From Ylistrum balloti (lineage: Eukaryota): DNA of 64,000 nt. A program made the position numbers and the translations under genes. Shown here in pieces: positions 1-12,900 of the stretch. The DNA lies in contig NW_026782486.1 of NCBI RefSeq assembly GCF_031769215.1, forward strand, positions 1-64,000. The letters are read 5' to 3'. How positions within the stretch are numbered: the stretch's first letter is position 1; each line of letters begins with the position of its first letter. The notes under the pieces were generated by a model. The model was not told the origin of the DNA, searched no databases, and worked only from the letters and a program-made list of their open reading frames with translations.

Positions 1-188
1 AGACAGACACATGATAAGAAGGGTATGTTTACTGTTCTTATTTGACTACACAATCAATACATCCAAGTCACAAGGATCTGTGTTAGTGAGTACAGTTTTA
101 CCAGGTTTATGTTCACACTGAATTAGCTTGATGTTGATTGATATTAACAGGTTCGAACCCAGAAGTTCTATTTGTAGCAAAGTGACCA
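1..188 (+). other. Possible last two exons of an upstream plus-strand gene
   Basis: Donor AAGG|GTATGT after base 22 and acceptor TTAACAG| at 150 give DRHMIRR-VRTQKFYL* or RQTHDKK-GSNPEVLFVAK*; AATAAA downstream near 824 and 920. Protein not recognised. Confidence 0.25.
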
Positions 189-982
189 TCGAAAATCAAT
201 AGCCTTTGCCTTAGGTCTGAATGCAATCCTGATGAGTTTTACAATGACATAAGCCTTAGAAATGGCTGAGGCACACTCAGTAGGTTCAATGTCATCAGAT
301 TATAACTTTAATATAAAATTATATGATATACATTTCTTAATTCATCTGTTGGTTAGCTTTTACTAATACGTTATTAAATCAGCTTTATTTTCAGTTACCA
401 TGAGCATGATGTGCAATATAAAAGCAGGAAACAATGTGTAATTATCAAATGTATACAGGTTAAAGTTCAGCAATGATTTCTAACCTTCTAACTTCAGTGT
501 GACTACTTGCCATGGCGTAATTTATTGAAGCATCACCAGACACCCTATAAGGACATGGGTGTCTCATAAAAGTGAAGGCCCTGTCTAGTGTTTTGTCATT
601 ATTAGTTACTGAACAATACTCATTTAGCATTAAAATAGATCATTTGTAGTGACTATTTTCCAGATTTTCAGCAATTAATTGAATACAGGTTGGTTGCAAT
701 AGAATTTTATCATATTTCTCTGTTGATTTCAGTGCAGTTTGAAATATACTTGCTAGAACTGATATTATGTGCACATTCAATTTCTGTTAAATTATTGAGA
801 CATTAATTATCATCTATTAAACAAATAAACAAAAAGACAAATTGCTTCCTTTAAAATGCTTAAGTCTTACTACTTCCCTTTTTATTTGCCCAAGCATAGT
901 TGCTTGCATTATGGTTTATAATAAAATGAAAGTTTATCACAACCAATGCTTGGTGTATTTGTCTTTTAATATTTAAACTTAT

Positions 983-1791
983 AACAAGAGATCCCAGAGG
1001 GATCTTGGCGCCCCCCATTGTTTTATCTTTATATGCTCTTTGAAAGTTGGATCTTTTCCCTGCTATTCTTTTCTCTGTTTTTGCTCTTAGTGATAAGACA
1101 TTATAACATTCCTTTACCTGCTAAATCCAAAATGGCTGTCTTGAAGCCATTTTGTTTCTTATGATCCATCCCAAAATCAAACAAGCACAATGAGAGACCA
1201 AAGGGAACATATGTATGAAATTTGAGAGATATCCATTCAATACTTTTTAAGAAATCTTAACTCAGCAAAATCCAAGACGGCTGCCTATCGGCCATTTTGT
1301 TTTTCTGATCAGTCCTAAACTCAAACAGGAACAACTAGCGTCCTAAAGACACCTATACATGAAATCAGGGAAAGACCTAGTTCTCAAGAAATAGCAATAA
1401 AAAAAGTCAAAATCCAAGATGGACGTCTTTTCGCCATTTCGTATTTCTGATCAGACCCAAAATTGAATGGGCACAACTAGGGACAAAGGAGAACTTACAT
1501 ATGGAATTTTAGAGAGATCAATGAAGTCCTTCTTCAGGAATAGTGATAACAAAATTTAAAAGTTAAAGTGCAAGATGGCTCTCTGTTGGCCATTTTCTTT
1601 TTCTGATCAGTCCCAAAATCAGACAGGCACAACTAGGGACCAAGGGGAATTTGAAAAAGATCTATCCAGTACTTCTCAAGAAAGAGCAATAACAAAAATT
1701 GTTTAAGGACAGACGAAGATCGGACGGTCCATGGACCACAGATTAAAAGCAATATGAACAGCCCACCATTTGAAGATGGTAAGCTAAAAAT
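983..1791 (-). mobile_element. Non-autonomous Helentron/HINE (pearl/DINE-1-like) repeat with four internal ~150-bp subrepeats
   Basis: On the minus strand it starts TTTTTAGCTTACCAT..ATGGTGGGCT (hairpin), followed by a GTCC-type microsatellite. Subrepeats AAAATCCAAGATGGC...CCATTTTGTTTTTCTGATC occur at ~1123, 1267, 1409 and 1566. A homologous copy lies at 22410-23198. Confidence 0.6.
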
Positions 1792-4700
1792 CCAATAATT
1801 TTAATCCAAGCTTAAGGTTCTAATGAAATCAAAAGTGACTATTACCTTAGATTTCATATTCAGGAAATGGGAAATTGGTTCTGTTGATATTGAAAACCTA
1901 TAATGTGATTCCTGTGCCCATGTCATCAACTGCTTCAGTTTATTCAGTCCTTTGTTTCAGTTTATGTACATATTTTTGGGGTTGAGACATTATTCACTTT
2001 CTCAGATGTTTGTAGACACCACCACGCTCAAAAATTTGTTTATTAAAAAGCAAGTAAAACAGATCACATGACAAAGTCATATCACTTCACAAAGATAAAA
2101 CTTTGAGATTATAATGTGTCAGTTTCCTACCAGTCCACCTCTGAAATAGTACAAAAACATAAGGAAATAGTTTAAATCTTTCAGTTGGAAAACTCAAGTA
2201 TCTTAATACTGTGTTCATCCTCATGAGATTGTATCATCATAACTGTTGACTCATTTGACTCATGACTTCACCATCACTGGAAAATCCAACTGCTACGCTA
2301 TAATTTTAGGAAACCAACTGTACTCCACTTGTATTGATATGTCCAAATCAGAAAATATGAACTCAATTGTACATTGTCATGCTTACCATACAACCAAATA
2401 ATATAATTTGTTATTCAATAATCTCTTCCTTGGTAATATATTCATGAATATGTCATTATTATCATTATTATGCAACTACAGCTATCAACCATATTGAACT
2501 GATAGCAGAGGATTTTATATAAGTCATATACATATCATCAGAATAAAATCTGTGTGTATGTGTGTGTATCCTGCAATAACCGAATGACCCAACATATTAC
2601 TAATTCTGACTCAATTTCACTGCCAGACAACAAGAGAATCCACCCAAAATTTGACAAAGGAGATAACTTTACAAAGTTTCTGCTACTAGTTTCATACAAA
2701 AAAAAACAGTTTTGAAAATCTAAGTATTTCGATCTGTCAGACAACACTGTCTTCAATCTAAATCATGTAAAAGGTTAGTTAAGTGCTATGTATATATATT
2801 TTAACTTATAATCACAGTTAAACAGGTCAGAAATAACCGATATTTCCCAGATATTTATGGTAACTTCCCTTCAAGTTTAGGACTTTTAACAGTGAATTCT
2901 ACCTCATTCTGTAACCACTGTTGTTGGAGATTACCTACCTTCATTTTGTAGAGTAATGTGAAGTTGGGGATTACCTGCCTTCATCAGTTATTTGTTGTGG
3001 ATAAATCAGATAATCTATGATTCAGCCAAGAGCCTTGACTGTACAGTACCAAATACTGTTTTTATATATCAGTAAAGATCAATTCACTACATTTCCCATG
3101 AACTCAGTCCGATTCCATCACTAAGTATATCAAATGCTTAATCTTAGAACAGAGTGAATTTCTTCCAGTTAACAATTTATACTGAACATATAACACAGTC
3201 ATGATCAGAAGGTAGGGTAGAAAAGATTTTGTCAGTCCATTGTTTACCGGAATGTACTATGTAAGGATTCCATATATTCTTGAAGTTAGTATGATCATAT
3301 ACCATGTTCATGTGTGGTACAACAAACTCCTGAGACGGCTTACTTGAAAAGCAGCTAAATATATTGTCTAATCATTTTAACATAACAATTAGGCCTACAT
3401 AATATGCTTCCAGAGAGAATATCAGCCTTTCAGAAACATCATCAAGACATAAAGAAATTTGAATAAGGAAGCAATCATGTGAATCTTCATCGTTAGCTTT
3501 GCCAGCAGATCCATGAATTTGAAGCAAACACACAATTTACCTGACAACATAATTATCACTAAGACATAACTGCAGCAATTAATAATGACAGCCCTTGAAA
3601 GACAGTAAACTGAAAGATATTTCTAAAACGCATCGACCGGTATTAAGGATAGATCCAGTTACCTAGTGTTTAAAAATAATCCTATATAAAGAACCTAAAG
3701 TAACATGCACATCATGATCGCCCAGGTAATTACCATTATTATAAATCACATCCTCGATAACGATAGGACGGATTTAGAACATGACGACATAGGTAAATCA
3801 ATTGATACTAAAATTCATTGATGATATAAAAATAGTTCACAAATCTTTTGTTTTTAAGATAGCATTGCCATGAATATGGAGAACATTGATAGAAACACCA
3901 GCGACAACACACAAAACATCACAACAATGACCTGCCTCTTTTGACAGGTCACGGGAGTACGTATTGTGTTTTACGATATTTTACAGAATAATGGAAACAA
4001 AATTCACCGTAAAAATCTGCCTTTGTCCCGTAGGTAAGGCATGCCTCAATTTCTTGTTCCGTCTAGCCTCAACAGCGACGATTGGAAGTCAGGTTTTGTC
4101 GTAGACGGAGACCGAATACCAGCAGTGGTTCAGGCATTCTAATCGATCTATGAAAACATGGACGAATTTCCTGTGAAGAATGACGTCATCAAAATGTGTG
4201 GAACTAGTCGTCCTTTCTTGCTGTGGCCAACAAAGCAGAAATCGATATCCTCTATTTTAACGAGAAGCTGGGTGAATCATTTCTGCAAATTAAATACAAT
4301 TTCCTGATATCCATAAAGCTTCGGTGATATCTATTCTATCTCTTTCATATGTTTAGTGATCATGAGTCAGTTCTAGATCAGTTTCAATCTAAGCATGTAG
4401 AGCCATACCACAAACTCGGATGAAAAGCCCATTGACAGGAGGCTAAGTAGCTATATGGAATAGTCAGCTAATAGATCGTATATCTTACATACAACCACAG
4501 ACTTCGATATCCATGTCTAATTTTGTTTACGTATAATTATAAATTTCTGGGCTATAGAAATTGATGCACTGACTAAAAAAACCTTACCAGTGTGATTACT
4601 GTGACCGTCATGCTAACGCCGGTGAAATTTTTTGTAAAGATGCAAACCTTTGAAGATACATATTTTTGCAGTATTTTTTATATATTAAGTATAACCACGT

Positions 4701-5584
4701 GCATAGACTGTGGTAATCTGATATGAACAGGTAATCGTTTTGTTCAAATATGTCACCGGACGACGAGTCACTAATTGTTTAAGTGTACTATTGTATATAG
4801 AGCTGGTGCGATCGGAGTTGTACTATAATTTGAATGGACAGGGACGTCCCTGGTATCGATAACCACAATGTAGAATGAGTCGTACGCGTAACCATCGCAG
4901 TACACTCTTCAGAATGGATGCAATTCTTAATAAAGCAATATATCCAACTCAAGTTTTTTTGTTTTGCTTTTTATTAAATTTTGCAGTATCAACGCACGTG
5001 TGTACCAAGTGACATTTTTAATAGGATATAAATTTTGTTTACGAAAATCAGGGAAATTCAGGTTCAAAATACTTATAATTAGCACATCTTCACGCTGTAT
5101 ACCCATACCGTAATAATACAATATAGGAAATCACTTGTAAAATTATGATAGATATCATGTCTAAAAATTCTTTCGAGGTTACAAAGATTTCTATCTAACG
5201 CATACCTGTATTATTTAAAAACCAGCGATATGTATTTATATGTTGTACTTTTGGTAGCTTTTAGATGGAATCTTCAAGTTTTGTATGATTCACATCATAT
5301 CATGGAGCCCTACCTTGTGTTGCTATTATGACACCAGATTACCGTGTCAGCTTACGCTCGTGACATTACGCAGAAAGCGTGGAAAACAAATTAAGCAACT
5401 TTAGCAAGACAAAGATGTGTCACTATATAACATGTCAAGTGGCTCTCAATTCCAGAAAAAATATCGACAACAGCGACAAATGGACGATAAACTACTGATG
5501 TAAAATCTATATGAAATAAATTTTGGAACATTTTCTTCAGGTTGGTAACGTCAAAACAACAGAAGTTCTTACAACACAACCAAT

Positions 5585-7640
5585 AGAAGATTAGAGTGTG
5601 ATGTTTCTATGACTACACGGTCACCTTCATCAGACAAATGACCAGTGTAAAGCGTACTAGCACTGACGTGCGAAGTGTACGAGATGGTATGGAATCGACG
5701 GACGTTTTCGGCTTTATAATATCGTATATACAATAAGGTCGATAATAGTGTGACGAGATGGTAAATAGACCATTGACAAAAATACACCAGATGGTAACAA
5801 TATACTGTAGTCAATTCGGCCACGATTGTTTAACACTTGGTCGCAGATGGGGATTTACATGAAACCATGCTGAATAAGTAATAACATATCTATCAAGCAG
5901 CTCATAGATATGGGACAAAACAATTCTAGAAAGGGGTTTGAATAATGCCATGGTCCCAGACAAAGTTCCAGTTGATGACTATCGTAGCCACAGAACAGGC
6001 ATGTAAAAGCTTGAGTTACGCTGAGGCTGATCAACTGAGATCACAAGTGACACCGAATCACAATATAGACACCTGTATCCCACTGCCGAGAACACAACTA
6101 GGCTGTACTGCACACCCAAGCTCCACAAAAAGGGAATCTTTCACAGCATATCATGATCTATACTGGTTGCATTTGTTACATTGTCTCTGGGTCACTAGCA
6201 GACATTCACGGACCCTAGATAGGAAAATCTAAACATCACGTCAAATCTCGAAAGACCTTGCAGAAACACATCCACGGTACTTATTTAAAACAATAAGGAA
6301 TTCGTTTCACACGATGTAGTAGCTCTTTTCACCTACACACACTGACAAAGCACTTGGTATCTTCCGGAGCCGCCAAGAATAAGAGCGGTCATGGCGAAAG
6401 TACACCAATCTCCATATCCAAGACCTCGTGGAATGACTAGAATTTGTGCCTAAACAACATACTTTGCCTTCCGCCATCTATAAACCGTTTGGCACAGCCA
6501 TGGGTAGACCAATGTCTACGATTGTGGCTAACAGCATGGAACACTTGGAGGAAGAGGCTATAATAGAATGCAAGCCCGGTCTGTAAAAAAGGATCACAGA
6601 AAGATTTGATTGAGCATATCAATACCGTAGCTAACATAATCAATTTCACGAGCGAGGAAGAAATAAATGATACCATCCATTCCTTGACACCCTCCTTGTA
6701 AAGAAATATGACGGTACTATCAAAGTATTTGTCTATAGGAAAAAGACGTACACAGACCAATACCTCATCTTCCGATCGCACCACCCGTTGCACCAGAAAA
6801 TGGGCGATGTATGAACCTTCCACAACAGATGTGAAACGAGTATTACAGAGAACAAGTTAACATGTAAGAACAAAATCACATCCGTAGCGCCATGAAAACA
6901 TGCCGTTACCCTGATTGGGCTAATCAGAAAGTTAACAGTGAAGTCGATACAAGCAAAAAGACTAAGAGACAAAACACTGAGGCAAAAACCAAAAAGAAAG
7001 GACCACTCGCCATCCCTTACACCAAAGGCCTGTCAGAGACTATTCAGAGGATTTACCGTGGTCATGGTATTGCAGCAGCCACGAAACCTTACAAGACACT
7101 CCGAAATAGCAGTCCACCCTATGGATAAAACAACCGGCAAAGAAAACGTCGCAAAATGCGTATACAAAATCAGAGACATCATATATCGGAGAAACAAGCA
7201 GGAGATTCGGGGTCCGACTCAATGAACACCAGACAGACGCGGAATCCCAAGATGAGAAATAATTAACTACATCAGAATGAAACATTCACAGTCCCAGATC
7301 AATAAATCTGCACTTACAGATCATTCCGCGCAGCAAAATAATATCATTGACGGGGAAAATTCCAAAATAGTCGACAGGGAAGACAACCTTTTCAAGTGGT
7401 TGGTTAAGGAAGCCATCTGGATACGCCGCAAGGGCCAGTACTTAATAGGGACGAGGGGGCACATACTCTCGTATATAAATGACCAAGTGTTAAACAAAGC
7501 GTAGCCGAATTCACTACAGTACATTGTTACAATCTGGTGTATTTTTTGTCTTTAATTTGTTCACCATCTCGTCACACTATTTTCGACCTTCGTGTACATG
7601 CGATTGTAGTACAGCCGAAAACGTTTGTCGATGACCATGG
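5585..7640 (+). mobile_element. Decayed Penelope-like retroelement (RT + GIY-YIG endonuclease) with inverted pseudo-LTR
   Basis: Frameshifted fragments: VATEQACKSLSYAEADQLRSQV, KPFGTAMGRPMSTIVANSMEHLEEEAI, FLDTLLVKKYDGTIKVFVYRKKTYTDQYLIFRSHHPLHQK, KTCRYPDW, AIPYTKGLSETIQR, KSALTDH..DREDNLFKWLVKEAIWIR. The YxDD segment is missing. 5694-5842 is an inverted copy of 7481-7632. Confidence 0.9.
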
Positions 7641-8904
7641 ACGGCTTTGGACTCGTCGTTTTTAAATGTTGACGTAGGAGAACCGTACACGAGAGTGGGT
7701 GTAAAATAGACTTAATAAACAAGTTCAATAATTTGATATGTCGCCAACGAATGATCGATATATCCAATAAAATTCATGTTACATGGATCCGAGTATTAGA
7801 TTCTATTTATCATTACCGTATTTCTGAAAACTTTCTCCATTTCTCTTTAAGACAGATTTATTTCAACGTTGACGGTGCGTTTTGTCACTACCAAGACAAT
7901 CACATAACCTCACTTAACCTATTTATGATATCACAAGTGGTCAATAGTGTTATTACACATGCATCTTACGATATTATATTGAAGACAGAATACAACAGTT
8001 TAGTTATGCGGTGAAAAAGTGTTTTAATCCCCCACTTTCGAGAGAGCTGAAGCGATTCAGTGTCGTTCGTCATAGACCTGATGTTTTTTTGTTTTTGTTT
8101 TTGTCTCCGCATGTTATACGTCCTGTGACAGGACTTACCGTCAGAAATCGTTTATAGATGTCTCAATACATTTGATACAGTAGCCGAGTCAGGAAGGGTT
8201 GTTCTCACTTACAATGATAATCCAATATATACGATTCACAGTTGTATCCTTTACATCATTGAAGCGTTAAGTAATATTTATTTCGTGAGAAAATTGGATC
8301 CTGTATAGAAAGGTAGGATCTTACGATACACACAGGAGTAAACCAAGCTTATCTGCTTACATAAGTGTTTTTCCCCCTGACAAATATTCCTACATTGTGG
8401 CCCTGTAACACCAAAATGAAACATAGTCCGAATCATTCTTACGTTCTTCTCGGCTCCATTGACGTTTTACATCAGCCTGAAGTGGACTCTAAACCGATAT
8501 ACAAAGGCCGGGAGAACGTCATCAGAACAAACGTAATGGAATAAATCCATATTTAATGAGAATCCAATGCAGAGTGCCCTTTTCACAATATCTTACGCAA
8601 TCTTCCACCGAATTCATAAGTACCACCAAGTTTCCATTCCATTCACCGAGGTTCTCCATTGCTTTGTTTTTTGTAAACTGAAGTTTTCTAAGGACTAAGA
8701 TTCCGTCTGCACAATAAATAAATTGGGCGATACAAATTTACATATTACAGTGTCGCATATATCTGAAAAGCTTGGAGGCAATGGGATTATTACATGGGAG
8801 GGATGGATGTCTTGTCACTACTGATAATGTTAGATATGGTAGAATATTACCAGATATCTAAGTCCTGATGTCACTCATGTTAATAACACTTAATCAAAAA
8901 CGGA

Positions 8905-9590
8905 ATGACCAACTCTGTAAAGACAAGCTAAACCAACTCTGTAAAGACAAGCTAAACCAACTCTGTAAAGACAAGCTAAACCAACTCTGTAAAGACAAGC
9001 TAAACCAACTCTGTAAAGACAAGATAAACCAACTCTGTAAAGACAAGCTAAACCAACTCTGTAAAGACAAGATAAACCAACTCTGTAAAGACAAGCTAAA
9101 CCAACTCTGTAAAGACAAGATAAACCAACTCTGTAAAGACAAGATAAACCAACTCTGTAAAGACAAGATAAACCAACTCTGTAAAGACAAGCTAAACCAA
9201 CTCTGTAAAGACAAGATAAACCAACTCTGTAAAGACAAGATAAACCAACTCTGTAAAGACAAGCTAAACCAACTCTGTAAAGACAAGCTAAACCAACTCT
9301 GTAAAGACAAGCTAAACCAACTCTGTAAAGACAAGATAAACCAACTCTGTAAAGACAAGATAAACCAACTCTGTAAAGACAAGATAAACCAACTCTGTAA
9401 AGACAAGATAAACCAACTCTGTAAAGACAAGATAAACCAACTCTGTAAAGACAAGATAAACCAACTCTGTAAAGACAAGATAAACCAACTCTGTAAAGAC
9501 AAGATAAACCAACTCTGTAAAGACAAGATAAACCAACTCTGTAAAGACAAGATAAACCAACTCTGTAAAGACAAGAAGCTAAACCAGCTT
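8905..9590. repeat. Minisatellite, 24-bp unit AACCAACTCTGTAAAGACAAG(C/A)TA, ~28 copies
   Basis: Directly visible; source of the LNQLCKDK and SLQSWFIL ORFs. Confidence 0.98.
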
Positions 9591-9674
9591 TCTTTTCTTC
9601 AGAGGTCCGATTTCTGTCTAACCACCACTATAAACAGTGTTTAAAGGGGGTTTGAAGTTGGTGGAAACTAGTGG

Positions 9675-11305
9675 TTCTGCCCATATCTTGACAAGTTCCC
9701 TCCATGACATTTAGTCTGCCCATATCTTGGACAGGTTCCCTCCATGACATTTAGTCTGCTTTACTTGGACAAGTTCCCTCCATGACATTTAGTCTGTTGA
9801 TATATTGGACAGGTTCCCTCCATGACATTTAGTCTGCCGATATCTTGGATAGGTTCCCTCCATGACATTTAGTCTGCCGATATCTTGGACAAGTCCCCTC
9901 CATGGCATTCAGTCTGCTGATACATTGGACAAGTTCCCTTCATGACATTTAGTCTGCTTTACTTGGCCAAGGTCCCTCCATGACATTTAGTCTGCCGATA
10001 TCTTGGACAAGTTCCCTCCATGACATTTAGTCTGCCAATATTTTGGACAAGTTCCCTCCATGACATTTAGTCTGCTGATATATTGGACAGGTTCCCTCCA
10101 TGACATTAAGTCTGCCGATATCTTGGACAGGTTCCCTTCATGACATTTAGTCTGCCCATATCTTGGACAGGTTCCCTCCATGACATTTAGTCTGCCGATA
10201 TTTTGGACAAGTTCCTTCCATGACATTTAGTCTGCTTTACTTGGACAAGTTCCTTCCATGACATGTAGTCTGCTTTACTTGGACAAGTTCCCTCCATGAC
10301 ATTTAGTCTGCTGATATATTGGACAGGTTCCCTCCATGACATTTAGTCTGCCGATATCTTGGACAGGTTCCCTCCATGACATTTAGTCTGCCGATATTTT
10401 GGACAAGTTCCTTCCATGACATTTAGTCTGCTGATATATTGGACAAGTTCCTTCCATGACATTTAGTCCCTTCATGACATTTAGTCTGCCGATATCTTGG
10501 ACAGGTTCCCTCCATGACATTTAGTCTGCTGATATATTGGACAAGTTCCCTCCATGACATTTAGTCTGCTTTACTTGGACAAGTTCCCTCCATGACATTT
10601 AGTCTGCTGATATATTGGACAGGTTCCCTCCATGACATTTAGTCTGCCCATATCTTGGACAGGTTCCCTTCATGACATTTAGTCTGCCGATATCTTGGAC
10701 AAGTTCCCTCCATGACATTTAGTCTGCTTTACTTGGACAAGTTCCTTCCATGACATTTAGTCTGCGGATATATTGGACAGGTTCCCTTCATGACATTTAG
10801 TCTGCCGATATCTTGGACAAGTTCCCTCCATGACATTTAGTCTGCTTTACTTGGCCAAGGTCCCTCCATGACATTTAGTCTGCCCATATCTTGGACCAGT
10901 TCCTTCCATGACATTTAGTCTGCCGATATCTTGGCCAAGTTCCCTCCATGACATTTAGTCTGCCCATATCTTGGACAAGTTCCTTCCATGACATTTAGTC
11001 TGCTTTACTTGGACAGGTTCCCTCCATGACATTTAGTCTGCTTTACTTGGACAAGTTCCCTCCATGACATTTAGTCTGCTGATATCTTGGACAGGTTCCC
11101 TCCATGATATTTAGTCTGCCGATATCTTGGACAAGTTCCCTCCATGACATTTAGTCTGTTGATATCTTGGACAAGTTCCCTCCATGACATTTAGTCTGCT
11201 GATACATTGGACAAATTCCCTTCATGACATTTAGTCTGTTGATATCTTGGACAAGTTCCCTTCATGACATTTAGTCTGCTGATATCTTGGACAAGTTCCC
11301 TCCAG
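9675..11305. repeat. Minisatellite, 40-bp unit (38-bp variant) GACATTTAGTCTGCCGATATCTTGGACAAGTTCCCTCCAT, ~41 copies
   Basis: Directly visible; unit starts at 9706, 9746, 9784... Confidence 0.98.
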
Positions 11306-12900
11306 AATGTACACTTCTGCATTATCTATGACATAGTGGTACAAGATTTAGGAATTTGACAAGAAATATTGGCAATACAGAAATATACAGTTTCTACAAT
11401 ACAGTTCCATAGACACCATTAAAGAACCATGGGGATTTAAAGGCCTTTTTTGTTGATTCACTGTAGAATGACACCTCATTTGTTTCTGTAACTTTACTAT
11501 TAAATAAAATAAGCCCCCAGCCTTAGACACACCCCAGACTGACAGATTGTTGACAAGTCCTTCAGTACACTCTGCCACAAAAGTCAAGAAAGAGCCTCAT
11601 GGAAAAAAACCCATACTAACAAATACATTCAACAGTCTGATTGTTTTATTTACAATAACAGTGACCTTGACCCTAAAACTTGGGATATAATAAGCAGTAT
11701 CCCAAACAAGCACTTTTGGTAAGGAAGCATTGTATGAAGTTTGATTTAGATTGGGCAAAGCAAACTCAAGTTATCACACAGAAACTGATTATAACTTATA
11801 GTTACAGTGAACTTTGACCTTTGAACCTGAATGGCAATCTATCTCAAACAAGCACTTTTGGTTAAGTGGCATTGCATCAAGTTTGATTAAGATTGGCTAC
11901 AGAAAAACTTGAGTTGTTCTACAAAATGAATTTACAGCAACAATAATCTCAACCTCTAATTTCTGGGTCTTGGCCCTACTTAGCACAGCCAATATCAGTC
12001 AGTACTGGAGACTTGAAAAGTCCTTGAAAAAAATCATTCTTTAACAGTATTTTGGAAATGTTTGATTTTTAAGGTTTCTCCACGTATAACAAAATCAAAC
12101 CCTCCAGTAACAGTGACCCTGACCTTTGACACTGTATACATTAACGCAAGTATTCCATAATAAGAAATAGTTTATCAAAGTTTGATTGAATTGGACCATA
12201 GGAAGTTATTATATGAAAAGCAATATTTTGATCATTTGTTTTATAATTCATCTTGATTTTGACAATCTAACTCGGACATCTATCTGAAGACTAATTTTTC
12301 CCCTGATCTAAGCTAGGATCAATTGTACCAGTGAATTAGACCCACAAAAACAACAACAATGTACAAATCAAAGTTTTACTTTATACACAACGCATGTATA
12401 ATCATATATAAAAGGAGTGATTTCTAGCACAATCTCCTAGTACAGGTTGATTTGTTATACACTGGCAAAGTTATGTATACTTATATGTATACAGTCAAGT
12501 ATCATTGTAACAAAACATATTGAGCTTTCCATCTGTAATGCATATAAAAATATAGTTGTTTTCTAATACAAACTCTGATATTAAATTTTAAGATTAAATT
12601 GCATAATCTGTCAGACTCAGCTCTCAAAAAAATAATTAAAACCGATTTTCTACAGTTGAAGTTGTATTAAACATTGTTCAAGCATTTGTATTTGATTACT
12701 AAAATAAGAACATTCAAAACATGGGTCACATGATACTAGACTAAACACACTGCAATAAATAGTATCATTGTTGGGTGATTGTTTCCATACTGAAACACTG
12801 ATTAGGCATTAATGAAGTACAATTAAATAACAAACATTGTTGTCAAAACAGCACATACAGAACATCATGGAGTGATTCACAATATATGGATCCAAAAAAC

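Noticed and set aside
1800-4700. Several minus-strand splice-like signals (e.g. CTG|GTAAGG at 4588, ATG|GTAAGC near 2386) and short open frames
   Set aside because: They could not be chained into a phase-consistent ORF or a recognisable protein; possibly a lncRNA or chance.
4841-4850. Perfect palindromic kappa-B-like site GGGACGTCCC; likewise a STAT-like TTCCGGGAA at 46225-46233
   Set aside because: Single short motifs far from any identified promoter; motifs this short can arise by chance in 64 kb.
8868-9644. 258-aa LNQLCKDK ORF and the antisense SLQSWFIL ORF
   Set aside because: Translation of a perfect 24-bp minisatellite with no synonymous-type divergence; both strands are open, as expected for a simple repeat.
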